From Ministeria vibrans ATCC 50519 (taxonomy: Eukaryota > Protista > Filasterea), in contig CALSCP010002411.1 in assembly GCA_943704425.1 (NCBI GenBank), positions 21,806 through 85,805 on the forward strand: a stretch of 64,000 bases of DNA. The letters run 5' to 3'. The position numbers were made by a program, and so were the translations under genes. Shown piece by piece: positions 23,946 through 36,474 of this stretch; position 1 is the stretch's first letter; each line of letters opens with the position of its first letter. The notes under the pieces were generated by a model. The model ran no database searches. It was given only the letters and a program-made list of their open reading frames with translations, and was not told the origin of the DNA.

Positions 23946-26848
23946 ATGGGATATACAACACTTCGCGACGAGACACTTCCGCGTCTCCGGCGCACTCTGG
24001 ACGCGCTCATTGCACACACAGAAGACACCAAGGCGCGCACCATCGCCGCAAGTCAGTATGTGCAATCCCACAAGCCCCATGCCGCCGAAATGTACCACCC
24101 CGAGTACCAAAAGGTAGTCTGCCTCTCTCTCTCTTTCTCTCGCGTGCCCCCTAACTCATCGTTTTGTCTTTTTTTTTTTTTGTTCATATAATAATGTTAC
24201 TATTAATTATTTTAGTCTCTGGCCGAACTGACTCGCTATGAAAACCGCCTAACCGTCCACCTTGATGCTCTTGTCGCCATCAACGACAGACTGTTGACCG
24301 ACGAAAACTTTGTCCAGGGTTTCGAGAAGGTGGCGTCGCTGGACACGCTCATGGGCAAAAGCAAAGGATCGTCTACGGAAAAAGTAACAAAACATTGTGT
24401 CTTGAAGACGCAAGATGCCTTGCTGATGCTTCGTTTTGCTGTTCTTTCGTCGCAGGCTGCTATCAAAGAGGCAATGCAACGTGCCGAGAGCATCTCGAAC
24501 GACATTGGCGCCCTCTTGGGCGATCTGGAGTTTGTGATTGAGTCGACGTCGTTTCTCGACGACGACCTCAGCAAGTGTTCGTTGCATGTCCGCATTGGCA
24601 AGGAGGAGGCAACCATGTCACTGCCGGACGCCTTTCCACACCCGTCTAAAGAGACGCTCTCGGCCGCACTCGACGTCGAAGCAGTCGGTGGCCCTCAAAA
24701 CCCGCCGCAGTACATCGACTGGAAGCACGACGACGACACCAACATCCGATTCAAACTGGTTCGCCCACGAAGCTTCCTCACGGTCACCACCGACACCTTT
24801 TTGCGTGCTCAAGTCGACATTGTGCCGTTGTTGTGTTCGGCGGCCGTTCACTTTACCTTCCAACTCGAGAAGCAGAGTCGCGCCTCACTCACAGTCCGTG
24901 TGCGCCGCACCCCGTTCCCCGGCGAATCTCAGCCTTCTACACCGCTCGATTGTGCGCAACCTTTTCCCTCCATTGCCCTTGATTGCTCCCTTGAAAACGC
25001 CGCCGTAACACCCACCATCACGCGCAAAGCCTCGAGCACCGGTGCGTCCGCGCGCGCCGCTCATGCGCGCACTTCAACGCCCCACGACACCAGCTCCTCC
25101 TCCCTCGCCTCCACCGCTACCGCCATAGTCACCACCACGCACACTCCCTACCAGGACCCCGAAGTGTACGACCTGTCGGTGGAGGACGCCCTGCGCCTCG
25201 CAAAGCGCATCATTACAGGTGTCTTTGCCCATCGCAACACCATTCCCGAACTCGAGGCTCACCGCACCCTCTACGCCGCACTTCTCGAGCACTTCCAGCG
25301 CCGTGCTAGCCAGCGTGCGCTTCTCATTCAACGCGGCGCGTCTCTCGAAACCGACCAAGACCAGTGTCGCACCGAGGAGGTGGCGCGTCAGCATCTCGAG
25401 TACGTGCGCCAGGTCTTCGACAAGTTTGACGGCTACTCGTACCGTCGTCGTGGCACCGGCAAATACACCCGTCTGCTCCGTCAGCTCGACGAGCAGTCGT
25501 CTGTACTCCGCGTCCTTCTTGACGAGCTTCAATTTGCCGACTCGGAGCGAACGGCGCAAGGTGTGTCCTAAGCAGAGAGGTAGTTACATTTTTCTAATGA
25601 CTGTCGTTTTTTTTTTCTTTCCATAGGAGCAACTACCGTTCAGAAAAAGGTCACTGAACGCTTTTCAGCGCGACGGGTCATCAAGAACGAAAGTCTTCAA
25701 GCATTTTGGGTCTCACAGTTTGGCGATGAGGTATGTTAAGCCCCACAGACAAACACATGCGCACTAAAGTTTCTTCTACTTCTTTTCTCTCTCTCTTCTC
25801 TCTCTTTCTCTGCTCTGTCCGGCTAGCAACGTTTCGTGTCTTATGGGACGTTTCTGGCGGCTCTTCGTGCACAATTTTTGCCGTGGCTGATGGGACCCAG
25901 CGGTGGGTGCAATGGTTCGCAGTCTCTTGCCAGTCGTGTCCTTCAGGCGTACATTACGCGTTTCCAGGTACCAAGTTGGAATACAATAATTCTGACTCAC
26001 ATGGATTGCATTGTATAACCCCCCCCATCTGTAGGAGTCGGGTGAGAGTGCTGATGATGGCGGAACACACGACCGAATGACGGTGTACCAGTTGGCGGTC
26101 AAGGGCAACGAAGATCCTAGCATGAACCAAGTGCTCAGTTCCTTTGCTCAGCAGCGTAATACCATTGAACATCTTTTTTGGCATCTTTGCTCACATTTTG
26201 ACTCATTTTTATTAGTGTCATCGTTGGACGATGTGCTCATGGGCCAACGAAGCGATGACGGATCTAGTGCAGGGTCGAGTGGCGGTGCGCCGGGGTCACG
26301 CTCAAGCACACTGACGTCGCGCACGGGCGAGCCACTGAGCGAACCTGAGATGCTGCGCGTGCGACACACTGTGCCCACTCTAGTGATGCTTCTCAAGGAC
26401 GACGACCCGGACATTCGCTCCATGGCGTCGGTGGCACTGGGTCGCGTGGGCGGCGAGGAGGCCGTCGGAGCCCTGCTGGACATGCTTGAAGACCCCGATC
26501 GATTGGTGCGCGAGGCGGCGCTCCTTGCCCTCGCCCGGCTCAAGTTCGCGCCGGCCGTGCCTCAGATCATGTACATGTACCGCACTGATATCATCCGTGA
26601 CGTTCGCCAGGCAGCAACCGTGGCCCTCGTTGGCATTGGCGGCGCCGAAGCCGAACGGGTAGACGATCCCACTGCTTGTGAGAATGTGTGTCTTTTCGTC
26701 TGCTGAAACTGTCGTTGTCTTTTTTGTTACCTTTTTATATTAGGCGCTTCGACGATTTGGAGTGATTGCTACTGAGCTGCAGAGTATTTGTTCAGCGTTG
26801 GGGGCAGAACAGCGCGAGACACTCGCTTCGCTGGGGATTAAGCTCTGA
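23946..26848 (+). CDS. RIPOR/FAM65-like protein (PL48-like N-domain, C-terminal HEAT repeats)
   Basis: ELTRYENRLTVHLDAL resembles FAM65 TIERYMRRLEFHISKV; ISNDIGALLGDLEF resembles IEVELENLLGEFSI; LTVRVRRTPF resembles LEITWYPF; MTVYQL resembles VTVFQF. HEAT repeats at 26370-26660. Confidence 0.62.
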
Positions 26849-27026
26849 GCGAACATCACTTTTCACCACTTCATAACAACAATAAGTATGAGTGGTCATG
26901 ACGTTGTATTTTAGTGCATCCATTTTAAAATTTCGTCGGTAAATGTGTACATTCTTAACAAAAGATTGTGCACCACTTTTTCCTTGCGGTGGCACCAGAG
27001 TTGTATTAAAAGTTTTCATATTAAGA

Positions 27027-28816
27027 TCAGAGCTGCTGAAGAAGCTGTTGAAAGTGGCACGGGCTGAGCTCGCGACGGAGGGCGTTGAGGCCGCCGTCCT
27101 TGGCAAGAACCTTGTGGAAGTACTGCGACGGGGGCTGCGGGTGAGCGGCATCGACAGACGCGAGGAAGGCGCGAGTGTGGGCACGTGCGGGGAGGGTGAT
27201 GTCGACGTGCGTTCGAACGTGACATGGATACGAGGGGCATGGCGATGCAGGGCTGCTGAAGAAGACACTTGTCACTTGGAGATGCATCCAGTCAAAGAGT
27301 GCCATGCGTCCGTGGTATTGCATCACGGCCGGTCGCAGTGCCTCCATGAGCTCACTGAGCTGCTCGGCCGTGGCACCGCGTTGAATCGCTGCAATCTCAA
27401 CAATGGTGACGGCCGTTTGGAAAAGGAAGCAGTCGCCGCCGATGCGCTCGCTGGCGTGCGGGTCGCCCGACAGCCCCGCGGGGTCGTATGTGCGCTCACC
27501 ACAAATGTAGACGTCGCGCGTGGCGGACTGGTCGCGCAACTGGAAGCGCACTACACCGCCAAAGTTGATGCCCCACTTGTCGGTGGCGCCAAAGAGCTGA
27601 GTGGACGTAAATGGCGACTCCGCGCCGATAGGTAAATTGAGCGTGTGTGTCACGTGGAGCGAGGTGCGCTCGGTAGCGCCGTACGCAACGCCCGACTCGA
27701 TGAGATCAAGCGTAAAGACGCCCGTTGCCGCATCATAGCTGAACATGTTGTCGACACTCGTTGTATCTGTGTTAAAGGCAAGTGCCAAAGCAAGGTGCGC
27801 ACGCAGCTTGGCACGCACAGGCGAACCGCATGGGAGGTGGGCACGTGCCGACGCGACAATGGCGTCGAAAGCGTCGGGTGAGCATGCGAGACGGAGTGCT
27901 TCTTCGCCGTCCTTGGCCAACAGCTTGCGGTAGTATTGCGGCGGAAGCTGTGCTTGGGCTCCGTTGCGAGCCCAGGCGCTCAAAAACAATTGCGTGTGAG
28001 CTCGGTTCGCATCGACACGACTCTCGGGCGTTTGACGTGCTGCCACAAAGTCCGGATAGGTCTGGCACGATTCGGCACAGCCGTCCATACGCAGCGCCCA
28101 GGCCACTTGTGTCGCCATCCACTCAAAGAGTGCCACGCGACCATGAAACTGCTCAATAATCGAACGGAAGGTGCTCTGGATTTCGTCGAGTTGCGCAGTG
28201 GTTGCGCCATGGAGTGCGGCCACAACCTCGACAATCGTCACGGCACACTGTGTCGAGAAACAGTCACCGCCAATGCGTTCGCTGGCATGAGGATCACCAC
28301 TGATGCCAGCAGGATCGTAGGTTCGCTCGCCGGGCATCAAAATGTCACGATGAGAGCCGTCTAAAAGGGGACGAGTTTGTGTGGCCGCAGATGAGAGAAC
28401 GAACGACATAATAAATCAAAACTCTCCGACCTTCAAGACGCACGCGAAGAACAGCCGCCCAATTCAGGGCATCGCATGCTGTCGGGCCAAACACCTCGAT
28501 GGAGACGTTGCGCACTTCCTTCCTGACGTGCTGCGTGCACTGCAAGACCAACAGGCGGTTTGGTTTGTCTCGCTGTGCGCAACAAGCAAATGAACACACA
28601 AACCTTGGCGGTGACTTGGGTCTTCTCGGTGGCGCCGTAGGGAACACCGGTCTCGGTGAAGTTGATGGCGAGCGTGCCGTCGCTAGCGAGTTTGAACACA
28701 TTTGAGAGTTCCGACAGTGAACACAAATTGTCCAGTGTTTCGGTCACGTCAGCGGCACTTGCTGGATGCAATGGGCACGCAAGTGTTGGTTTCAGGCGAG
28801 CACTTGGAGGGATCAT
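27027..28816 (-). CDS. Uncharacterised protein built from two tandem copies of one ~270-aa domain; 3 exons
   Basis: Both halves contain G[VA]xYGATE, N[WF]xxV, RD-x4-GERTYDPAG[IL]SGDPHASERIGGDCF, Q[FY]HGRxALF[ED]WM and QY[YF]xK[LV]LAKDG. Canonical introns. Confidence 0.8.
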
Positions 28817-28921
28817 AATTGAGGACAAATAAGTAAAAAATATTAGAAATTCAATTTTGTACCAATTTTGGATCATTGATTAGTCATTGTACCATTGCGA
28901 CGCCGCGACAGCCTTGACACT

Positions 28922-29650
28922 ATGCAGAACGCCGCAATAATGGGATTCTTGCGCTACGAGCAGGCGCTGCGCAAGCGTCCCTTGAGAACCAAGTCCATGA
29001 CAAGTGGATTGTTGACAGTCGCTGGTAGTTTGGTCTCGGAGGGCTTTCGCACAGGCCAGGTCGGCCAGCAACCCTTGGCGACCTTCTCCCATGCTGTCTA
29101 TGGCTTTTGTATCGGCGGAACCATCCCTCATTTGTTTTACAAGCTTTTGGAGGTTCGATTTTCTCTCGAGTACATCTTTTTGACCTCACTCCCCGTAGAG
29201 TGCGCCAGAGAACACTCTGCTGCGCCTGATTCTTGAGCGCACTATTCTTGCACCGGTTATGGTCGGTGCATACTTCCTAGTGACCTCTGTGGCCCAGGGA
29301 GACAGTTTGAAAACGGCGGTTGCGCGTCTGCGCCGTCTCTTCCGCTCGACTCTCGTACGCCGCGCAGTCTTTGATATTGGTTCACTCCTGTCATTGCGAT
29401 GCGCGTTTGTTTGCCTTATGATTTGTTGTTTTTGACTTTGATTGCAGCGCTCTGTGTTGTATTTGTATTGCTTAGTCACTCACCAGAGGAACTGAACCGG
29501 AACTTTCCCTTTCTGATGTAGATTCAAAACTGGAAGTTCTGGACACCAGCTATTCTTTTCAACCTAACGTATGTGCCACCCAGATGGCGCGTCGTGTTTG
29601 CGAGCCTTGTCGCCTTTGTCTGGAATGTCTATCTCGCGACACAAAAGTAA
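28922..29650 (+). CDS. Mpv17/PMP22 family (PXMP2-like) membrane protein
   Basis: YEQALRKRPLRTKSMTSG, HLFYKLLE, ERTILAP, NWKFWTPAILFNLTYVPPRWRVVFASLVAFVWNVYL. Confidence 0.9.
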
Positions 29651-29714
29651 ACATAAACATAAGTGTTCTCTTTACAATACACATTGGGTCTGGCATGGTA
29701 TTGCAACAAGCCTC

Positions 29715-30640
29715 TCAATCGTCCCACTCGTCGTCGTCGGCGCCTTCGCCGTCGGCCCCTGCGCTCCCCGTGCCCCCTACGCTCGCCTCTTCGTTCTTGG
29801 CCTTGCCCTTGTCCATCAGCTTGTCCGTCCACGTCTCGCCCGCCTTCACATCGCCCCTACGCGCATGTATGATAAACATGCACACACATGACATGCCTTG
29901 CGAGAAACCGCTTTCTTTCAACGTACGCATAGTTGACGGCCGTTTTGGTGCGTTCATTGTCGACGACAACCAGTGTCTCGACCAGGGGCGAGTCACCCGC
30001 CGTCTTGATACGCACCAGTGTTCCTGCGCTCAGTTCCATTGACTGCAGCAGTGTTTCGGTGCCCCACACGTGCACAGTAGCACCGCTACTCGAGGCGGGT
30101 GCCGTCTGAGCAACACCGCAAACGCTCAGTAGTTTGTGCAGCCCATTTCGCTGCAGCCGCTCCTCCACCTGCGCCGTCGTGAGCTTGTCTGTCTTGCCCG
30201 ACTTGGTCGCGTACGACGAGTTCAGGTAGCCCGTGCTCTGCTTCGACGTCTTTCCCGTCGCCACTTCGACCTCAGTTCCCTTGTCGGTGAACTGACGTTC
30301 GTATCCCGAGACTAACTTGCACGAGACGATAATGAAGCGATGCTTCTCCCCACCACCATCCGACAGCTGCATACGGCACCGACTTTGCACCCAGGCTTCA
30401 AGCAGCATGCCAGGGCCCGAGCTGCAAGGAGACAAAGTGAGCTACAAAGAGATATGTTTGTTTTGTTGGGCTGAGCGAGAACCTTCCGAGCGCTTTGGCG
30501 TCCAGTTGGGTGGGCCATGTTCCCGAGTACTGTTTCAGATTGTCCAGCTTCTTGTCGTCGTAGAGCATGTGCTATTGTGGCGGAATGAGCGTTTGTTTGT
30601 TTGTTTTGATATGATTGTTTTGCATTACCGCACGAGCCAT
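29715..30640 (-). CDS. ARPIN: Arpin, Arp2/3 complex inhibitor
   Basis: Four exons: GPGMLLE, RQFTDKGTEVE...STGYLNSSY, VRIKTAGDSPLVETL, and GDVKAGETWTDKLM...GEGADDDEWDD* (acidic Trp tail as in human Arpin GAEDEEWDD). Confidence 0.93.
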
Positions 30641-30799
30641 TGTAAAAGTATGTCGATTCTGCAGGCGGTAAGGGTACGCAGTGAGATCAACCGAGAAAGT
30701 CAAGAAGATTTAGAAGAATCAAGAATAAATGGTTGGCAGTTAGACTGTGAGGTGTGAAATGAACCAATAGAAATCTGTTTAGAAAATGGCGTCAGTTTA

Positions 30800-32814
30800 C
30801 TATACAAAGTCGTCGCCACGCTGGTGCGAGCGAGACTTTCCTTTTTGTTTCTTCTGAGTGACATGCAAAGGGGCCGAAGAGTTGTCAGCAGACTGGGATC
30901 GACTACCAGAGGCACCGCTCATCGACGACGACTGAAGAATCTGGAGGGCGACTTCGTCGTGGCGCGACGGACCTGAGGAGCTCAGACGACGCAGTGCCTG
31001 CACAAGAATACAATGATTGACATCAGGACACCAAACAAAAATATATTATAGTGTACGTACACCCCTGACACTGGGCCGTTTAGGCTGACTGCGCATGCGA
31101 GAAGTCTGCACAATGCGCACAAGACGAGATCCTTCGTCGTGCGTCACCAGATGAATGTACCACTGGAACAGACAAATTACCGCTCCACACACAAGAAACC
31201 CATAAGAGAACCCAAACTGAAAGAACAAACAGAGAGAAAGAAAGAAAAAAGAAAGAAAGAAAGAACGAGAGAGAGGAGGAGGAGGAGGAGGGAAAAACAA
31301 AGTGATAGCGAGAGAGAGGGAGAAGAAAGGAAAAAATCAAAGTGAGAAAGGAGTAGAAAAAGTGAGAAAAGAAAATAAACAAAAAATGAGAAAGTGAGAA
31401 AAGAAAAAAAAACAAATGAGAAAGTGAGAAGAGAGAAAGAAACAAGTAATAGAGAGAGTCAGGCATAGTTAGGGCGGTTGCGTTGTGTTTCGTACCCCCC
31501 ATTGAGTGGGTAGAGCGTAGACATCGCCATTGCGCGCACGCGGACTTGGCACATCCGCAAAGCCAAAGGGAAACGCAAGAGTCGCTCCAAGATACAACAA
31601 AACTACAGAGAGACAAATAGAGAAAAGGGAGAAAAAAAAGCAATAAAGGGGAAGAGAGGAAGGAGAAAAGAGTGGGTGGTGAAAGAAACAAAGTGACAAA
31701 GAGAGACCGATGAGAAATGAGCCATAGTGTGGTTGTGATTCGTACACACAATGGGACAGGGTACTCGCGCCAGTGCCTCTCCGCCGCGCACTCGACATAC
31801 CCACAGCAGTGTCCCGATTGCAGACAGGAGCACAATAAGCAGAGTGCCCACAGTCAAAAAGAAACAAATCTAATACGGATTGTCGCAAATCTTAGTGCTC
31901 TTTTTTCTTTTTTTTTTCTTTTTTTTTTGTAAAATCGTCTTACTTTCCAAGTCAGTGGCAAATCGTTCAACGGATGAAGCCAAACACAATAGTCCTCCCG
32001 CACAATATCTACAAACAATAATAATATTTTAATATTATAAAATGGACTCAAAATTAAACACCAAAAGCGCTGTCGAAGAGTACACATATGGGCGTACTAT
32101 TGATCTGCTCAAAGAGACACTGACGGGCGAGCCCAACATACTCGCGAGTGACGTCAGCCCCGTCGTCGTCGGTCACGTCGTACACTAGCCAGCGTGGCGT
32201 GAGCATCGCCGACACTCCGAATCCTAGCTGGCACATGTAGCAAAAGAAGAAGCCCCACTTCCACTTTTGCGACAGTGGCACCTTTTGGAACTTCTCGCCC
32301 GTTTTCGAGTTGGTCACAATCTCCTGTTCTGTATGCGCCAGAGCCACCTCGCGGTCTCGCAACTCGCGCGCCGCCTCCTCGCGCGCCTGTTGCTCACTCC
32401 ACTTCTTCTCCTTGAGCAGAATCTTCTCTCGCTCAATGGCCGCTTTCTTCTGTTGCTCCAGCTCTTTGGCTTTCTCGTGTTTCTCACGTTGAATCTGCAT
32501 CAGACGCAGCTTCTCCTCCTTTAGCGCCGTCTCCACCTCCAGCTTGTGAGCCAATGCCGCATGCGCTGCACGCTCCTCTCGCGATTGTGGTACCCTTGGT
32601 GCCGATGCACTTGATGCTGCAACTGCAACAGCACCCGCAGCAGCACCAGTAGTAGCAGCAGCGCCGGTCACAGCAAACGGTGGAGGAATCGTCGAGCCTT
32701 GTGCCTGTGTTTGTTGCACTTTTTCTTGTTCTCGCACTTGTTGCGACGAGGGCATCATGGCGAGTGTCGTCGGTGCCATAACAGTCTTTCGTGGCTGATG
32801 TGCCCTCGACTGTG

Positions 32815-32845
<31 letters not shown>

Positions 32846-35800
32846 CTTCAGCTGTTGTTGTTGTTGTCTCTGCAGTTGTTGCGCTTGCTTCATCTGAGCA
32901 GCGCTTTCGGCCGTGGATTTGCGCGAGACAGCCGAGCCCGCCGATAGCCCGGTTCCCACGACGGCCGTCGCAATCACTGCCTTTGACTGCTTTTTTTCGC
33001 GTTCCTTCTCCTTCGCGCGATGTTTCGACTGTTGTTGTTGCTGCTGCTGCATCTCAAGCTGCTGTCGATGGCGAATGGCCTCGGAGTCCTCGGACATGCC
33101 AAAGGCCGGCATGTAAACCACAAGGTCAGGTGGTTGTGTCTGCTCTTCCTCAGTACTCGTGTCGGGCACGCGCAGCACCTCACCAATCGCACGATCGCCG
33201 CCACTGACAACGTGCGACACGAGCAGTCTTCGTCGTCGCTCTGCTTCAATCTCAAGCTTTTGTTGTCGCACAGCGAGAGCGAGTGCCGCAGTCGCTTCTT
33301 CCATGCGCTGGATCTCCCGCTGTCGCTGTTGACGCTCGAGAAGCCCATTCTGATGTTGCAGGGCCGCATCCATGTCGCTTGAAGCCGCAGCAGGAGCACT
33401 GCTCTCCTCGACCACCGTCTCGGTCTTTCTCTTGGCCTCCTCTGCCTTCTCCTTCTCCTCTGCCTTCTCCTTCTCCTCTAGTGCATCCATTTCAAGCAAA
33501 TCAGAGCACTTGAGCTGTGCCGAACGCCGTTGCATGGCTCGAAGACGCGCCTCCTGTTTGCGGAGCTTGCGCATAGGTCGCGAGTCGGGCGGAAGTGGCG
33601 GCAGTGGCTGATCGGCAATGGAGACCTGAGGCGCGGTTGGGTCCGGCATTGAGGTTGCAGAGACGGTCGCAGACGTAGCAGCCGAAGTGGTAGCAGCAGC
33701 GACACCTAGCATCGCTTGAGCACCAACGGTGCCGTCGCCGGGAGGTGGAGCCCCACTGTCCACCTCGAGCATCTTCGTCTCAGACACGGCAGTCGCCAAT
33801 GTTCGAAACGAGTTGCCCGAAGCGGACATGCGCTTGATCTTCATAGACGCTCTCGCATCCTTGACGTCGAGCACTTCGAGCGGCGGTACTTGAAGTGCCT
33901 CCTGAATGTGCTCCATTTCCAGTATTTTTTCGTCCTCGAGTGCCATTGTCTTGATAATCTGCGTCTCTTCCGCCGATATTTGACTCAGCAGAACCTTGGC
34001 AGTGGTGCCCATGACGCGCAACGAACGAGACGGCGCCAAATCACCACTGGCCGTCGAGTCCATCGAGAGCGACGAGTCGTCGCGGACGAGATTGTCCTTG
34101 ATGGCACTTGGAGAAGCGGCAGCATTTTCAGTCGGCTCAGGACGGACAGGCGCGACTGGCGACGTTTCTGTGGGCTCGGGCGAGGCCAAGGCAAGCTGCG
34201 CGGGACTCAACTCGCGCTCCTCCTCCTCCGCAACTGGTGATGTTGGCGAGGGCGCGATGCCTACAGGCGACACGCGACCCTCGGTTGTCGGAGTAATGGC
34301 CGTGGTGGCAGTGGCCTGTGGGCTCGTGGCAGGCGACTTGTCACCAAGGGCGGGTGCTGGAACGGCATCGTCAATGGAGCTTTTGTAGTTGAATTCCATA
34401 TCGACGATGGCCGGGCGCTCGTCGCAACGGCTCGCTCTGTCGTCTTCGTCGTCGCTCCAGTCTTCCACGGTCGTTGTCATCATCGTTATGGTGCTCTTGG
34501 GACGGTGTTTTCGTGACAGTTCCACTTCGTCGTCGTCGCCGTTGTGAATCACATTACCATCGTCTTTGTCGTCATCGGGTGCCTTGTCGATAGCAATTGT
34601 CGGCATGTTCATGGGCGACGGAGAGCGACGTTGCAAAGCAGGAGAGTCGATGGATGCAAGTGGAATGGGTGTATGAGGGGCCTCAAGGCCTGCGGGGATA
34701 TCGTCGTACGTGCTCATATTGCTGACGGGCCGAGTTAAGCCGCGCTCGAATGTAGTCGCTAGCATGGTTGTTGGCGAAGGAGAAGGCGCGGGGGATGGAG
34801 AAGGCGCAGCCGATCGAGAATGCGCAGGGGATGGAGAAGGCGCAGGGGATGGAGAAGGCGCAGCCGATCGAGAATGCGCAGGGGATGGAGAAGGCGCAGG
34901 GGATGGAGAAGGCGCAGCCGATCGAGAATGCGCAGGGGATGGAGCCGATCGAGAATGCGCAGGGGATGGAGAAGGCGCAGCCGATCGAGAATGCGCAGGG
35001 GATGGAGAATGCGCAGGAGATGGAGAATGCGCAGCTGATCGAGAATGCGCAGGAGATGGAGAGCGACGTTCGGAAGAAGGAGATTCGATAGTGGCCAGTG
35101 GGGTGGGCGCAAGAGGTGCCTCGAGACCTGCAGGAATGTCATCGTACGTGCTCATGTTACTCACGGGACGCGTCGCGTCATGGCTCGATGCGGTTGTGAG
35201 CATGATAGCTGGTGATAGAGAGTGACGTTGGGAAGTAGGAGAGTCGGCCACATGGATTGGTGGCGGTGAAGGTGAGGGAGTGGGCGAGTGGGTGGGAGCG
35301 TCGATAGCGGACGGGATGGGCAGAGACACATCAACTGGCGATGGCGAGCGTCTCTGGGCGGCTGGTGAGTCGATAGTCGGTAGAGGAGAGTCGCGTGCCT
35401 CAAGGCCAGCGGGAATGTCATCATATTCGCTCATGTTGCTGACAGGACGTTGACCAATGGATGGCGGAGCAAGCATGGCGGGCACAGGAGAGTGGCGCTG
35501 TGAGGCAGGCGAGTCTGCTCGTGTTGGTGATCCCTGTGGTGGAGCGAGAGCCGATGGAGACGGCGAGCGTCGCTGAGAGACAGGCGAGCCCGAAACGGGA
35601 GGGAGAGGCGAGGAGGGCGCCTCAAGACCAGAAGGGACATCGTCATAGTCGCTCATGTTGCTCATCGGTCGTGACGACTTCACAAAGGCAGGGGGTGCAG
35701 AAAGCGACGACGGGTCCTCCGCTGCAGCTGCAACGACGGGGACGGGGACGGAGACAGGCACAGGCGACTGAGATGGCACAGGACTGGATGCCGCTGCCGG

Positions 35801-36252
35801 AGATGCCGGCGATGCGGACAGATCGGGCTGTGGCGGGGCCTCAGCGATGCTTTCCGTCTCGCGCCTATCGCTTGAGGGGGTAGGAGAGGCGCTGTGAACG
35901 CTGTCGTTGCTCGCTCCATCTTCGGCACGTCCTATTTACACAGCGACATACGTTTAAAAAAGCGCACGAAAAAAAAAGCGCCTCGTCGTCCTCCATTGCC
36001 AGTCGACCTGCCCCATCCATGGCCCTTGTGGGTACCCCGCANNNNNNNNNNAAAAAAAAGAAGAGAGGAGAGGAGAAAAAAAAGGGCCACTTCTGACGTT
36101 GGTTCGCATAGAAGGGAAAGGGCAGTTGGGAAGGGGGCGGGGGTACTGGAGAGGAGGACGCAATAGGAAGGCAGGCTCCCTTCGCACTTCAGAGGTGGCG
36201 TACCGTGGGGGACGGGGGGCGAGGCAGGGGGGGCGGGCGGCGGCACGTCCAT
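30800..36252 (-). CDS. Claudin/PMP22/LHFPL-superfamily tetraspan with very long Pro/Ser-rich and coiled-coil N-terminal cytoplasmic region
   Basis: Exon 1 MDVPPPAPP splices in phase to a ~3.9-kb exon. C-terminal TM1 is followed by W...GLARQC...C (W-GLW-C-C-like); further TM exons ICFFLTVGTLLIVLL, LLYLGATLAFPFGF and FGFSYGFLVCGAVICL. Ends GDDFV*. Confidence 0.7.
34775..35062 (-). repeat. Coding tandem repeat (SPAHSRSAAP/SPSPAP units)
   Basis: Repeated GCCGATCGAGAATGCGCAGGGGATGGAGAAGGCGCAG units. Confidence 0.9.
36042..36051. other. Assembly gap (10 N) inside intron 1 of the tetraspan gene
   Basis: N run. Confidence 0.99.
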
Positions 36253-36474
36253 GGTGTGGGGGGCAGGGCGCAGAGGGGAACGCACGGGCTGGACGCAAGA
36301 GTCGGGTGTTCCAGCAACGCCCAGTGACTGCTTTGTCACACGTGAGTTGCAATACCCAACGAAAAATTTGGTGTTTGGGTTTGAGAATATTTGAGAATTG
36401 AGACTCTGAGTTCAGCAGTTCAGCTGTTTGGAATCAGATAAGGAATAAAATGATTGACAGTTCACTTTGAAACC

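Noticed and set aside
31700-31775. Apparent non-canonical GT-AC intron in the tetraspan gene
   Set aside because: A canonical phase-1 GTACGA donor after ARVPCPIV restores the frame.
34775-35062. Spaced direct repeats superficially like a CRISPR array
   Set aside because: In-frame coding tandem repeats with no unique spacers and no cas genes, in a eukaryotic context.
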